A stretch of DNA of 48,717 nt from a virus (Duplodnaviria; Caudoviricetes). Position numbers and translations under genes: made by a program. This document shows, piece by piece, positions 26,477 through 36,363 of the stretch (position 1 is the stretch's first letter; the number at the start of each line of letters is the position of its first letter). The stretch is from positions 1 to 48,717 of IMG/VR virus record IMGVR_UViG_3300020718_000016. One strand, given 5' to 3'. A model generated the notes under the pieces. That model searched no databases. It was not told the origin of the DNA and saw only the letters and a program-made list of their open reading frames with translations.

Positions 26477-27076
26477 TTAAATCTCAAAAACACAATTAAT
26501 AATCATTCTATAATCCGATACGGCCGGACAACAACCTGAATGAATTTGGTGTGAATCAAATATAACAGCACGACCTTTTTTTGGAGTTACTGTTTGTTGC
26601 CTTGTGATAAGGCCTAAAGTTTCTCCATCATAATATTCATTATATAGAACGGTGTCACCATCACCACCATTAACATAATATAGTAAAGTTTTTTTACCTA
26701 CACGATTTGGCACACCAGTGATAAAATCGGTGTCATCAATGTGGGGCACCTGTAAGTGTGGACCATCTTGTTTCATCAACAAATTTGTTTTAATTCGTTG
26801 TGAATATTTAATCTTTGATTGCATTTGATTTTGAAAAGAAACAATCAAAGGTTCAAGAAACTTTAGAAATGGACTTTTAATTTCATTATTATCTACAAAG
26901 ATGTGCCTAAATTGAATATGTTCTTTTGTTGGCGCATCTGTGTAATAATCAGTTATTGGATAACCACTTACAGAATATGAATTAAAGGTCCAAGGAAATT
27001 CTGAACCTGTGAGCATTGTTTCAAGTGAATCTTGATATGTTTTTGGTAAAAAATCATCAATGATTAATGGATCCAT
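26477..27076 (-). CDS. 2OG-Fe(II) oxygenase
   Basis: PHIDD (HxD), LLYYVN, FDSHQIHSG, RMIIN. Confidence 0.82.
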   Translation of the reverse strand: MDPLIIDDFLPKTYQDSLETMLTGSEFPWTFNSYSVSGYPITDYYTDAPTKEHIQFRHIFVDNNEIKSPFLKFLEPLIVSFQNQMQSKIKYSQRIKTNLLMKQDGPHLQVPHIDDTDFITGVPNRVGKKTLLYYVNGGDGDTVLYNEYYDGETLGLITRQQTVTPKKGRAVIFDSHQIHSGCCPAVSDYRMIINCVFEI

Positions 27077-27747
27077 TACTCGGCCTTACTGTCTTTAGCT
27101 TCAAAAGCAACCCAATATTGTAAATCTTCTTTAGTATTCTTCCAATGACTAATACCTTTAAATGAGATTCTAACATTATAAGAACCGGGAATCATTTTGA
27201 TGTTATCAGTATTAAATACAATCTTATATGATTTACTGTTTCCTTCACCAACTTCAATTGAATTGGTGTGAGCGGAATCATCTTTTGCATCAAAGGTAAC
27301 AATAGAAATTGTTTCGCCATCAGATTCTACGGCAATATTTGGTGAAGATACGGCTTTGGCTGTGTCCATAATCCAATGGTAATCTTCAGCACTCAATGTA
27401 AATTCACATTCTGCCGTATCCAATTTAAGTTCACGGTCTGGTGGGGTTACGATTTGACTTTTCTCGGTCATGCGATACTTAGTCTGACGCTTGCCATTTT
27501 TAAATAAAATATTGACATTATCAAAATCCAATTCAGGAGAATCTTTAAAGAGATTATATACCAACAAGAATTGGTTCAAATCATACACACAAAAGTCTTG
27601 TGGGAATTCGTCTTTAAGATTTGCTTCAGCCAAAACAGATTTGCCTGAGGACATTGTTTTAATTTTCTTGCCTTGTTTGAATTGAATGCCTTGATTAATT
27701 GAGGCAAAATTCTTCAATACCGTTAGTGTTTCATTAGATAACTTCAT
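27076..27747 (-). CDS. 45: Sliding clamp gp45
   Basis: MKLSNETLTVLKNFASINQGI, YDLNQFL. Confidence 0.95.
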   Translation of the reverse strand: MKLSNETLTVLKNFASINQGIQFKQGKKIKTMSSGKSVLAEANLKDEFPQDFCVYDLNQFLLVYNLFKDSPELDFDNVNILFKNGKRQTKYRMTEKSQIVTPPDRELKLDTAECEFTLSAEDYHWIMDTAKAVSSPNIAVESDGETISIVTFDAKDDSAHTNSIEVGEGNSKSYKIVFNTDNIKMIPGSYNVRISFKGISHWKNTKEDLQYWVAFEAKDSKAE

Positions 27748-28196
27748 TCACTTTCTCCATCATTAAAAAAATTAATTGTATCATGTTCATACAAAAACAT
27801 CAAGCAGCACATAGCGTGTGCCAAGTGATTCTTACCCGTTTCTTGGTCATTTTGTTCACCGGACTTCCAAGCCCAAAGATGCCGCTGTAGTGCATCATAA
27901 TATCTCCGCTTAGCATCTGGTACTTTTTTCCAATTATCAGGTTCATATTTTTCTGCACCAAAGGTCAAAATTTCTACTGTTGCTTTGAGTGCATTTGTTG
28001 GCAATAAACTAAATTGCAATTTACCGCCATCAAACTTACGACCACCGGTGGTGGCCGTTTGTGATGCTTTAACTATATCTTGTGAAGCAACATCTTCATA
28101 ACCTGGATGATAAGGTGCCTCACTAACCAATCTTGCTGCATCGGTATCAAAATTAGCATTCAACCAATTTTTAATCTTTAATTCTTCCGGTGACAT
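27744..28196 (-). CDS. dATP/dGTP diphosphohydrolase (DUF5664)
   Basis: GRKFDGGK, FGAEKY..DNW, ALQRHL, ETGKNHLAHA. Confidence 0.85.
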   Translation of the reverse strand: MSPEELKIKNWLNANFDTDAARLVSEAPYHPGYEDVASQDIVKASQTATTGGRKFDGGKLQFSLLPTNALKATVEILTFGAEKYEPDNWKKVPDAKRRYYDALQRHLWAWKSGEQNDQETGKNHLAHAMCCLMFLYEHDTINFFNDGESE

Positions 28197-29014
28197 TACA
28201 TTTCTCCAACATAATTAGCAACTGCTGGCATATCTCCTTGGAAATGATAGGTACCAATATGAGCAGTTCTCATCCAAGGACACAGAAAGATTTGGCCACC
28301 GATTTTACGCCACATTTGGCAGAACATATAATCTTCTGAAAGATAACGGTCTGAACCACCACCAGTAATAGAATCTTTTGTATCAATAACCGTATCAAAA
28401 TAAGCATGGATGTAACGAGTGCCATCAAAGTTTGCTTGACCAACATGGTCTGGCTTGTATTTGATTTCTGGATATGCTTCTTTCATCTTATCAAACACTT
28501 CACGCTTAATCATCATGAAGCCAGTACCAATCTCTAATACATCAAGAGGTTCTGATACAGTAAATTGTGCTGTGCCTTTAACTGGATTAAATACGAAATC
28601 TCCAGCAACTTTTTCAAGTAGTTGTGGTTCAATATCAGGATTCTTTTCTACGGCTTTCTTAACTGAACGCCATTTGATTGCTTTCTTAGGATAAGGACCA
28701 CCAATAACATCTTTGTCTAGTGCCAGTAAAGCGATTACATCTTGTGGATTGAAATTAACATCAGAATCAATAAACAACATATGTGTGCAATCGGAACGGT
28801 CAAGGAATTCATCAGCAAGATAGTTTCTTGCACGGGTAATTAAGGACTCATTAAACAAGAATGAGAATTTGATTTGGACTCCGTATTGCATACAAAGTCC
28901 TTGTAAATCTAAACAAGCTTTCATATAGAGACCATGATTTTGGCCGCCATACATCGGTGTAGCTACAAACAGTTTTTTCGTTTGTAGTTCTTCTTTTTTG
29001 ATTGAAATTTCCAT
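28196..29014 (-). CDS. GT-A-fold glycosyltransferase-like protein
   Basis: FVATPMYGG, ESLITRARN, LFIDSD, GTGFMMI, YLSEDYMFC. Confidence 0.8.
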   Translation of the reverse strand: MEISIKKEELQTKKLFVATPMYGGQNHGLYMKACLDLQGLCMQYGVQIKFSFLFNESLITRARNYLADEFLDRSDCTHMLFIDSDVNFNPQDVIALLALDKDVIGGPYPKKAIKWRSVKKAVEKNPDIEPQLLEKVAGDFVFNPVKGTAQFTVSEPLDVLEIGTGFMMIKREVFDKMKEAYPEIKYKPDHVGQANFDGTRYIHAYFDTVIDTKDSITGGGSDRYLSEDYMFCQMWRKIGGQIFLCPWMRTAHIGTYHFQGDMPAVANYVGEM

Positions 29015-29034
29015 TTGTGCTCCGATAATTAAAT

Positions 29035-29058
29035 AAAAAGAGGGACCTAAGTCCCTCT
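29035..29058 (-). terminator. Rho-independent terminator
   Basis: AGAGGGAC-TTAG-GTCCCTCT followed by Ts. Confidence 0.8.
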
Positions 29059-29067
29059 ACTCACAAC

Positions 29068-29334
29068 TTAAGCGGCTAAATTATAACCAGCTTTGAGGGC
29101 TGCCTTAACCAAACCTTTGGTTGGTTTGCCCATACGGTAGAAAGCAACTTTCTTACCATCTACAACTTTTTTATTGGTGTAGATTACATGGCCTTCTTGA
29201 CGTAGTTCATCAATACGGGCTGTAACATTGGTAATACCGAAACGGCGTTGTGCTTGTTTGACAGTAAAGGTGTTGTAACCTGAAGGTTGTTGTAAGGCGT
29301 TCAACATCTTTTCTTTAGCAGATAAATTGCTCAT
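29068..29334 (-). CDS. Small winged-HTH DNA-binding protein
   Basis: TVKQAQRRFGITNVTARIDELRQEGHVIYTN; GGAG RBS before ATG 29334; own promoter and terminator. Confidence 0.7.
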   Translation of the reverse strand: MSNLSAKEKMLNALQQPSGYNTFTVKQAQRRFGITNVTARIDELRQEGHVIYTNKKVVDGKKVAFYRMGKPTKGLVKAALKAGYNLAA

Positions 29335-29387
29335 TGTAATACTCCATAGTAAAGTTAAAAATAAACCTTGCGTTAGCAAGTTCTCAC

Positions 29388-29417
29388 ATCATATCATTAT
29401 GTATGTGTGTTTGTCAA
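29388..29417 (-). promoter_or_regulatory. Sigma70 early promoter
   Basis: TTGACA-18nt-TATGAT. Confidence 0.65.
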
Positions 29418-29421
29418 GCGT

Positions 29422-30681
29422 TTATCGACCAACTTGTGGTAAATAACGCTGTTTGGTATCTTCCCACGATAATTCAATCAAATCATCATAGAAAAGAGTT
29501 TCATATGAAACATTGCCCTTTTTCTGTAATTGCCGAATACGACCTTTGGCGTAACGAGTTTTCCAAATATTTGCCAATGCTTCTTCGCTGGTATCAAATG
29601 ATTTTACCAATGCCTCGTCCGTAATTTCTTTCCGCAGAAATTGATTGGTATTATTATAGAGTGGACTAAAATAAATGCCACGTTGATGTTCGGTACGAAT
29701 TAAGTGCTTTGGTATGCCAAGTTTAGAATACGCAAAATTCAATGAACGATTCTTGTGGTCACGTTTGAGTGGAAGTCCTTGTGTGTTTTTGGCTTCCCAC
29801 CATTCAAAATATTTACGAGTATGATTTTCTTTAATCCAGTCAAACACTAGTTTCTTGGTTGCTCTACTAGGTTCAAATGCCACAGAACCGCTTGAGAAAC
29901 CCATTTTGTTCCAATGTTCTAATCCATCATATTGAGATAGACCGCCAGACTTAGTATTGCCATAAAGAGAAGTAGTAGTAACTCCCACCAATGTATCACC
30001 ATATTGTCTTTTCCAATCTTTTTGAACTGTATCAGATAAACACATTAAAGCTAACAACTTGCCACCCATGTAATTAAAACCAAGTGGTTGAAGTGGAACG
30101 ATGGTAGAACCAATGGCAGTATGATTAATCATGTGCTGTTGTGTCTTAACATCTCTTGACCATCCAATTGCATTATCTCTCGGAGTCAAGTCCAGGAAGT
30201 CTGAGGAGATACAGATAACACCAAGGTATTTACCAGTAACTTCATCAGTCAAAACATAAAATAGATTACGACCAATGTTAGAATTATTCTTCATTGTAGA
30301 AGAAAAGGTACGAATGGCATTCCATCTCTCGGCATCAGGACCATTTGATAGAACCATAACAGGTTTCAATTTCTCATAATCATCCGGCTCTTGTGGCATC
30401 CAAAAATTAGATTTTACTTTATCAATTAATTTCTTTTGTTCAGGATCTACCATCATAACTTCACTACCAAAGAGTGTAGAAACTTCGTGAACAGGATATC
30501 TCTCTTTGACTTCACACCACTTTTGGTATAAAGTATATTCACGAACATCCATTTGAGAAGCATAAGTTAAGTCCTTGATGAGGACTTCTTTCATCGCTTC
30601 TTCATCAATGTGTTCAAAAGTAGTGTTTGATTCTGACCACTTTTTCCATTGTTTCTCTACATATTCAATTGGTGTTGCCAT
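29422..30681 (-). CDS. DUF4338/DruA-like protein (paralogue B)
   Basis: IVPLQPLGFNYMGGKLLALMC, TTTSLYG, SQYDG, HQRGIY. Confidence 0.75.
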   Translation of the reverse strand: MATPIEYVEKQWKKWSESNTTFEHIDEEAMKEVLIKDLTYASQMDVREYTLYQKWCEVKERYPVHEVSTLFGSEVMMVDPEQKKLIDKVKSNFWMPQEPDDYEKLKPVMVLSNGPDAERWNAIRTFSSTMKNNSNIGRNLFYVLTDEVTGKYLGVICISSDFLDLTPRDNAIGWSRDVKTQQHMINHTAIGSTIVPLQPLGFNYMGGKLLALMCLSDTVQKDWKRQYGDTLVGVTTTSLYGNTKSGGLSQYDGLEHWNKMGFSSGSVAFEPSRATKKLVFDWIKENHTRKYFEWWEAKNTQGLPLKRDHKNRSLNFAYSKLGIPKHLIRTEHQRGIYFSPLYNNTNQFLRKEITDEALVKSFDTSEEALANIWKTRYAKGRIRQLQKKGNVSYETLFYDDLIELSWEDTKQRYLPQVGR

Positions 30682-31256
30682 TATATTAGTTTCAATGATT
30701 TAATTAGTTTATTGCGTTTCTTCATACCAGATTGTAACGCCAAAGGTTTTACTTTCTTAGTATACACTATTCCATTCAAATGATCAAGCTCATGTTGGAA
30801 AACTCGAGCAGATAAGCCATTTAACATTGTGGTATGAGTTTGTCCATTAAAGTCTTGGTATTCCACTTCAACAGTAGATGGCCGATTAACTCTTAATCCT
30901 AAAAGTGGAAAAGATAAACAACCTTCCATCATGTTTACCTCATCGTTAGATTGCCAAATAATTTTAGGATTAAAGAATGCCACAAAACTATCTTCGGCAC
31001 CCATTACAAATACTCTATGCTTAAAACCACATTGATTGGCAGATAAACCATAACCTTTATGTTGCCGGCAAGTTTCTACTAAAGAAGAAGCAAATTCATT
31101 TGGATTAACTGGTGGATTACTGAAATTAAACTCAGGCAAAACTTCTTGTAGGATAGGATTGTTTTCACCAACCAATTCAAAAATAGGAATGCTTTGTGTT
31201 GGTGCTGTAGAATTCTTTGCTAGTTCTTCCGTATTAAAACTAATTATTTCACTCAT
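30681..31256 (-). CDS. def: Peptide deformylase
   Basis: GYGLSANQ, EGCLS, QHELDH. Confidence 0.95.
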   Translation of the reverse strand: MSEIISFNTEELAKNSTAPTQSIPIFELVGENNPILQEVLPEFNFSNPPVNPNEFASSLVETCRQHKGYGLSANQCGFKHRVFVMGAEDSFVAFFNPKIIWQSNDEVNMMEGCLSFPLLGLRVNRPSTVEVEYQDFNGQTHTTMLNGLSARVFQHELDHLNGIVYTKKVKPLALQSGMKKRNKLIKSLKLI

Positions 31257-32968
31257 TTTGCTATCCTTGAAAAATTATTGACCTTTTCAAATTTAATAAT
31301 CGACCTAAATTTGTCAAATAACTGGTCTCCTTTATGTGAAATAACGAACACATTAGTATCTGTTCCCATTTCATGAATTAGTTTTAAGAATTCTTCTGTG
31401 CCAACACCATCGAGTGATGAATCAAATATTTCATCAAGAATCAACAGGTTGGTATTTGTAGAATTCTTTAGTTTGGCAATCTGTCGCCAAGTAAACAATA
31501 ATGCCAAATCAATACGCATCTTCTCGCCTTCAGAGAAATTAGCATAAGAAAACTCATCACGATGCCTACTCTTAATGGTTTCTTCAAACTGTTCATTGAT
31601 GTTGAAGTTTACAAAAAAGTCCATTGCTGTCAAATACTTATTAATCAATTTATTCATGATAGGTAAATATTGCCGAATTATCTTAGTTTTAATACCAGTA
31701 TCTTTCAACAAATTACCAGCAAACTCATAATATTGTTTTTGTTCCGATAATTCTTTTTGTGTTTCAACCAATTTAGCCAATTCTTGTTGAAGTTCTTTTA
31801 ATTTGGCATTATCTTCAATAAGCGTGTCTTTCTGTGCTGATAGAGATTCAATCTCTCTTTGTAACTTAGTAATGTAGGTATTGACCGCTGATATTGTAGA
31901 ATTGTGTTTGACAATTTCATTATTGTGCTCTTGTATATGTTTAACTATTTTTTGGATTTCTTCAATACGGTTGTTCGCCTCTTGGATTTTTGTTTCAATA
32001 TCCTGGATTCCAACTCCAATTTCTCCTTTTGTTTGATTGATTCCACTAAGCTGGCTACGTCGGAAGGTGTCAGCGATACCTTGTTTACAGGTCGGACAGT
32101 CGTGGTTTTCTTCATAGAATTTATACTCCTTATCTAATTTCTTTAAACGAGATTCAAGTTTGGATTCCAACTGTAATAGTTTGGTACTTTTCTTTTCTAC
32201 GGCAAGTTTGTCTTGTATTCTGCTTTGTAATGCCTCGATGTGTTTTTGAATTAAATCAATATCTCTTTGTAGAGTAAAGGTTTGGTCAATAGATTGTTTG
32301 ACTTCTTCTTGTTTCTTTTTAACTTCTTCTTCGGTTCGATTCTTATGTTCTTCAATACTTTGTTTTTGGAAGTTAATTTTCTCAGCAGTAAGTTCCATTT
32401 CATACTTGTTTTTGGTCGTTGATTCTTTAATTTCTGACATTCTTTCTTTAACAACACCATTCATTGATGAGAAAATACCAATGTCTAACAAATCTTCAAT
32501 AATATTTCGTCTATCTGCTGGAGATAATTGCATGAACGGAACAAACGAGGCCGAACCTAAAATCACCACTTGAGTAAATGATTTATAATTTAATTTGAGA
32601 ATGAACTTCTCCAAGTGTTCTTGGTAATCTTTTGATGCCGCATCTTGATTTAACAATACGCCATTTTGAAAAATCTCAAATGTATTTGGTTTAATACCAC
32701 GAACTACTTTATATTCTTTTTTGCCAATAAGGAATTCAATCTCCACAACGCCGGATTGGTTATTAATACTGTTCAATAAATTAGGTTTGTTTATTTTTCT
32801 GAACGGTTTACCGAACAAACCAAAACAAATAGCATCCAATAAAGTAGATTTGCCTGCACCGTTATTGCCAACAATGAGTGTATTGGGAGATTTGTCTAAT
32901 CGGATTTCAGTAAAACTGTTACCCGTAGATAATATGTTTTTCCATCGGATAGTTTTGAAAATAATCAT
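31253..32968 (-). CDS. 46: Recombination endonuclease subunit gp46 (Rad50/SbcC-like)
   Basis: GNNGAGKS, CPTC hook, FSEGE, ILDE. Confidence 0.96.
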   Translation of the reverse strand: MIIFKTIRWKNILSTGNSFTEIRLDKSPNTLIVGNNGAGKSTLLDAICFGLFGKPFRKINKPNLLNSINNQSGVVEIEFLIGKKEYKVVRGIKPNTFEIFQNGVLLNQDAASKDYQEHLEKFILKLNYKSFTQVVILGSASFVPFMQLSPADRRNIIEDLLDIGIFSSMNGVVKERMSEIKESTTKNKYEMELTAEKINFQKQSIEEHKNRTEEEVKKKQEEVKQSIDQTFTLQRDIDLIQKHIEALQSRIQDKLAVEKKSTKLLQLESKLESRLKKLDKEYKFYEENHDCPTCKQGIADTFRRSQLSGINQTKGEIGVGIQDIETKIQEANNRIEEIQKIVKHIQEHNNEIVKHNSTISAVNTYITKLQREIESLSAQKDTLIEDNAKLKELQQELAKLVETQKELSEQKQYYEFAGNLLKDTGIKTKIIRQYLPIMNKLINKYLTAMDFFVNFNINEQFEETIKSRHRDEFSYANFSEGEKMRIDLALLFTWRQIAKLKNSTNTNLLILDEIFDSSLDGVGTEEFLKLIHEMGTDTNVFVISHKGDQLFDKFRSIIKFEKVNNFSRIAK

Positions 32969-33010
32969 TTTTATAAATATTAATAAACTACAACAAGTAA
33001 AGAGATAACC

Positions 33011-33670
33011 ATGTATATTATATACCTTTTAACCAATAAAGTCAATAGTAAAGTGTATATTGGTGTAACAAATAATTACACCAAAAGGATGCGAGAACAT
33101 AAAGGCACATATAATAATTACCTAATATCAAAAGCAATCAAAAAACACGGTTGGAATAACTTCAATTCACAAATTTTACTAGAAACGGAAGATGCTGAAT
33201 TTGCTTACAAAGTGGCAGAATCTTCATTTATACAACAATACCAATCTAATAATCCAGAAAAAGGTTACAATCTAACTGAAGGTGGCCAAGGAACTTTAGG
33301 TTTTTCTCCAACACCAGAAACAAGACAAAGAATGAGAGAAAAAAAGTTAGGCAAAAAACTTACTACAGAACATATTCAAAAAATATCCAAATCTGCTTTA
33401 GGTAGAACCTTCACAAAAGAAACCAAAAATAAAATATCCAATAAATTGAAAGGTAACAAAAACTTTCAAGGAAAAACATTTACTGATGAAGTAAAACAAA
33501 TTTTATCGGAACACAAAGCCAAAGACTGGCAACTACTTTCACCAAACAACGAAATTATTAATATACACAATATGAGAAAATTTTGTATTGATAATAATCT
33601 ACATCATTCGGCAATAACTAGAGTGTTACAAGGCAAACAATCTCATCACAAACAATGGAAGAAAGTTTAA
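33011..33670 (+). CDS. Free-standing GIY-YIG homing endonuclease with NUMOD3 repeats
   Basis: IIYLLTN...VYIG, R..EH, GYNLTEGG; TATAAATA at 32972-32979. Confidence 0.9.
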   Translation: MYIIYLLTNKVNSKVYIGVTNNYTKRMREHKGTYNNYLISKAIKKHGWNNFNSQILLETEDAEFAYKVAESSFIQQYQSNNPEKGYNLTEGGQGTLGFSPTPETRQRMREKKLGKKLTTEHIQKISKSALGRTFTKETKNKISNKLKGNKNFQGKTFTDEVKQILSEHKAKDWQLLSPNNEIINIHNMRKFCIDNNLHHSAITRVLQGKQSHHKQWKKV

Positions 33671-33673
33671 TTA

Positions 33674-33895
33674 TTACTTTTCCACCATACTTTTTGAAAT
33701 CTTATCACTTGACTTTCTTATTGAAATTACTTCTTCAATGTTTGTTTTGACACTTCTGATACCACACCAATGACACCACAAATGAATTTTACCCTTTTCC
33801 AAATGTGTATTAGGTTTCATGTGATGCCAATTAAACTTATGAGATAGTTTCATCACAATTCGGTAAAAATATCCGTAAAGGTATCCTTTAATCAT
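33674..33895 (-). CDS. Hypothetical protein (possible metal-binding HH/CxxC)
   Basis: ORF track; WHHM...WCHWCG. Confidence 0.6.
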   Translation of the reverse strand: MIKGYLYGYFYRIVMKLSHKFNWHHMKPNTHLEKGKIHLWCHWCGIRSVKTNIEEVISIRKSSDKISKSMVEK

Positions 33896-34068
33896 TGTTT
33901 AATTTTTACCCAACGATTGCCTAAGATAAGATATTGCATCTTACGCCAGAACCAATTTGGCACTCTACCTTCAGATGGTTCCCAAATAATACCTTCAACA
34001 CCTTTAGCACCAAAACAATGGCACTCCCATCCAGACGGTTCTAGTTTTTTATGAAATTCAATGCTCAC
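33892..34068 (-). CDS. Small hypothetical protein (58 aa)
   Basis: GTGA overlap with the gene 47 stop; ...VPNWFWRKMQYLILGNRWVK. Confidence 0.6.
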   Translation of the reverse strand: MSIEFHKKLEPSGWECHCFGAKGVEGIIWEPSEGRVPNWFWRKMQYLILGNRWVKIKQ

Positions 34069-35147
34069 GCTTGTTCCAAATTTAATGCCTCAACGTATAG
34101 TTCTTTCAATACCGTTTTTAGCTTATCATTATCAATATGTTCTTCTGAAATACCATCTACAAACTTATTAATGATTGTGATTGTATCTTCTGCTTCATTA
34201 ATTATATCATCATCTACACCTTCTGTCAAGTCTGTAAAGTCCTCGGCAATGGTAATATCAATTGGATTAACCTTGTAAAGATTTTCCATGAATCGGTCAA
34301 ACAGATGTGGATTTGTTTTGTTAATTACCACAACTTTAACATAAGTTCCGGCATATTTGTTTAAATCTAAATTGGTAATTTCAGTAATACTACTCTCTTT
34401 ATCATTATAAGGAATTTTGTGGAACATTACATTAGGATTAGGAATAAACTCAAGAGTGTAATCGTCAAGGTTGAAAAGGTGAAAACCCCGTGTGTCATTG
34501 AAATCTTGCCATGTCATTTCCATAGGTGTACCAACATAAACAATATTATCTTGTTTGGACCTATGATGATAATGACCAGAAAAAACAATATCAAACTTAC
34601 TAAATATTTTTCGGTCAAGGCCTTCATAATTTGCCATTCCACGATGCATGGCAAATCCAGCAATTTCAAAGTGTCCTATGCACAAATTGGCAGAAGTATT
34701 TTCTATTTCAGATAAACATTTTTGATAATTTTCTGCACAAATCCAAGGTATTACACAAACATCTGAACCAACATTATCATAATCTAAGTGTATAGTTTGT
34801 GGGGAATCAATTACAGTAATGTTACCATATTCTCGAAGCAACAAATCCAATGAATTAATATCGTTAGTATTTTTGTGATAGGTGTCATGGTTTCCTGCTA
34901 ATACAATCATTTGAATATTATATTCAACCAACTTATTTAAAAACATTTCTTTGGTTCGGCTTAATGTATGAAAATTGATATATTTTCTACGGTCAAAAAA
35001 GTCGCCCAATTGAATAATGGTTTTGATGTTGTTTTGAATTAAATATGGAAAAAAAGTTTCTTTATAGAATTTTTCACCATAATCTAAAAAAGAAATGGAA
35101 TCATTCCTCATGCCAAAATGAACATCACCTAAAATACAAACTTTCAT
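34065..35147 (-). CDS. 47: Recombination endonuclease subunit gp47 (Mre11/SbcD-like)
   Basis: GDVHFG, LGDFFD, GNHD, GHFE, SGHYH. Confidence 0.95.
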   Translation of the reverse strand: MKVCILGDVHFGMRNDSISFLDYGEKFYKETFFPYLIQNNIKTIIQLGDFFDRRKYINFHTLSRTKEMFLNKLVEYNIQMIVLAGNHDTYHKNTNDINSLDLLLREYGNITVIDSPQTIHLDYDNVGSDVCVIPWICAENYQKCLSEIENTSANLCIGHFEIAGFAMHRGMANYEGLDRKIFSKFDIVFSGHYHHRSKQDNIVYVGTPMEMTWQDFNDTRGFHLFNLDDYTLEFIPNPNVMFHKIPYNDKESSITEITNLDLNKYAGTYVKVVVINKTNPHLFDRFMENLYKVNPIDITIAEDFTDLTEGVDDDIINEAEDTITIINKFVDGISEEHIDNDKLKTVLKELYVEALNLEQA

Positions 35148-35168
35148 AATATACCTTGCAAAAATATT

Positions 35169-35333
35169 TTAGTTTCTGTCTGGCTTTTTGTTGTCAACAT
35201 TGTCATACTGTTTAATTTCAATTACCGAATCAATAGGTTTTAAGTTACGTGAAAATTCAATTGCTTCATGAAAGGTTTCAAAAGACTTAAATCTTACGGA
35301 TCCACCAGTCAAATAATAACTCAATCTATACAT
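35169..35333 (-). CDS. Small hypothetical protein (54 aa)
   Basis: MYRLSYYLTGGSVRFKSFETFHEAIEF...; GAGG upstream. Confidence 0.6.
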   Translation of the reverse strand: MYRLSYYLTGGSVRFKSFETFHEAIEFSRNLKPIDSVIEIKQYDNVDNKKPDRN

Positions 35334-35337
35334 TATA

Positions 35338-35904
35338 TCATTCCTCTAGAAACTTTTCAATACCTTTGGGCTTGTTTGCCTCTTTTTTCTTTTCTCTTGC
35401 TTCTTCATAGTTGCCAATAAATTCGGCAATATTATCATAGAGTTCAAACTGTCTTGTCGTACCATCTTCTAATTCAAGCATTTCCATTTCATCCAAAATA
35501 CCCATCTGTTCTGTTGCCTTATACTTCACATAAGTCTGTTTCTTTTCTTTTTGAATTCTTCGTAAAAAGGCAAAATAAATGATTTGAGTAAAGTAAGCAA
35601 ATGGATTCTTTGATTTGGTTGGGTCAAAGTTATCAAAATACATTAGACAGTTTTCAATACCATCTGAAATCATTTCATCACGATAGGTGTAGTTAATGAA
35701 GTTGGGTTTATGAGATAGACCTTCCGCTATCTTCATGAAACACTCTCCAATGTAGTTTGGAATAGGAGGTGGGTTAGTTTTATTCTTCTTCGCTAACTTA
35801 CAACCCTCTTTATAATCAACAAGAGCTTGTAGAAAGTCTGCATTGTTGACGTATTGTTTTGGTTTCTTGGTTAATTTAGGTGTTGGTGTATTCATATTTA
35901 CCAT
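35338..35904 (-). CDS. 55: Late sigma factor gp55
   Basis: YVNNADFL, NFINYTYRDEMISDG, NPFAYFTQI; start uncertain (35895 or 35904). Confidence 0.95.
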   Translation of the reverse strand: MVNMNTPTPKLTKKPKQYVNNADFLQALVDYKEGCKLAKKNKTNPPPIPNYIGECFMKIAEGLSHKPNFINYTYRDEMISDGIENCLMYFDNFDPTKSKNPFAYFTQIIYFAFLRRIQKEKKQTYVKYKATEQMGILDEMEMLELEDGTTRQFELYDNIAEFIGNYEEAREKKKEANKPKGIEKFLEE

Positions 35905-35912
35905 AATAGTTA

Positions 35913-35941
35913 TTGACAATCGCTTGACAGACCGTTAGTAT
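35913..35941 (+). promoter_or_regulatory. Antisense sigma70-type promoter upstream of gene 55
   Basis: TTGACA-17nt-TAGTAT; a second TTGACA at 35924. Confidence 0.5.
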
Positions 35942-35973
35942 CGAGTATGTCCTTGGTTGAAAGTAATAAAGCA

Positions 35974-36363
35974 TTAATGTAATGTATTTCCATGCTGTTC
36001 TAACTCCTCAAATTCATTAATCATATTACCTAATTCTTCATCATCCATCTCAGAGATAATTTCTTTGGCCTTTAACAATTCTTTAATCTTATATACCGTA
36101 TTAACATAGTATTCACAGAATTCATCCTCAGGTTCAATCATAGAAAGAATATCTTTAGAATGTATTTCAATCGAGTTCTTTTTAATCAATTGCACAGGTA
36201 ACCAATGGCGCATAATTAGACCGGCATTATTTGGATTACGGGTATCAATGGCAAATTCCATAGGTTCTTCAAGGATGTAATGATCCATACCACTCATAAC
36301 AACATTGGCAATCAAATCTTCCCCATTCTGTAATTTAATAATTTGTGTTTTATACTCAGGCAT
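35974..36363 (-). CDS. Sm-like-fold conserved phage protein
   Basis: IIKLQNGEDLIA, WLP; position between uvsW and 55. Confidence 0.7.
   Translation of the reverse strand: MPEYKTQIIKLQNGEDLIANVVMSGMDHYILEEPMEFAIDTRNPNNAGLIMRHWLPVQLIKKNSIEIHSKDILSMIEPEDEFCEYYVNTVYKIKELLKAKEIISEMDDEELGNMINEFEELEQHGNTLH

Noticed and set aside
27744-28196. Z-genome or 7-deazaguanine pathway
   Set aside because: No PurZ, QueC/D/E, FolE or DpdA gene is visible in the window; DUF5664 alone is insufficient
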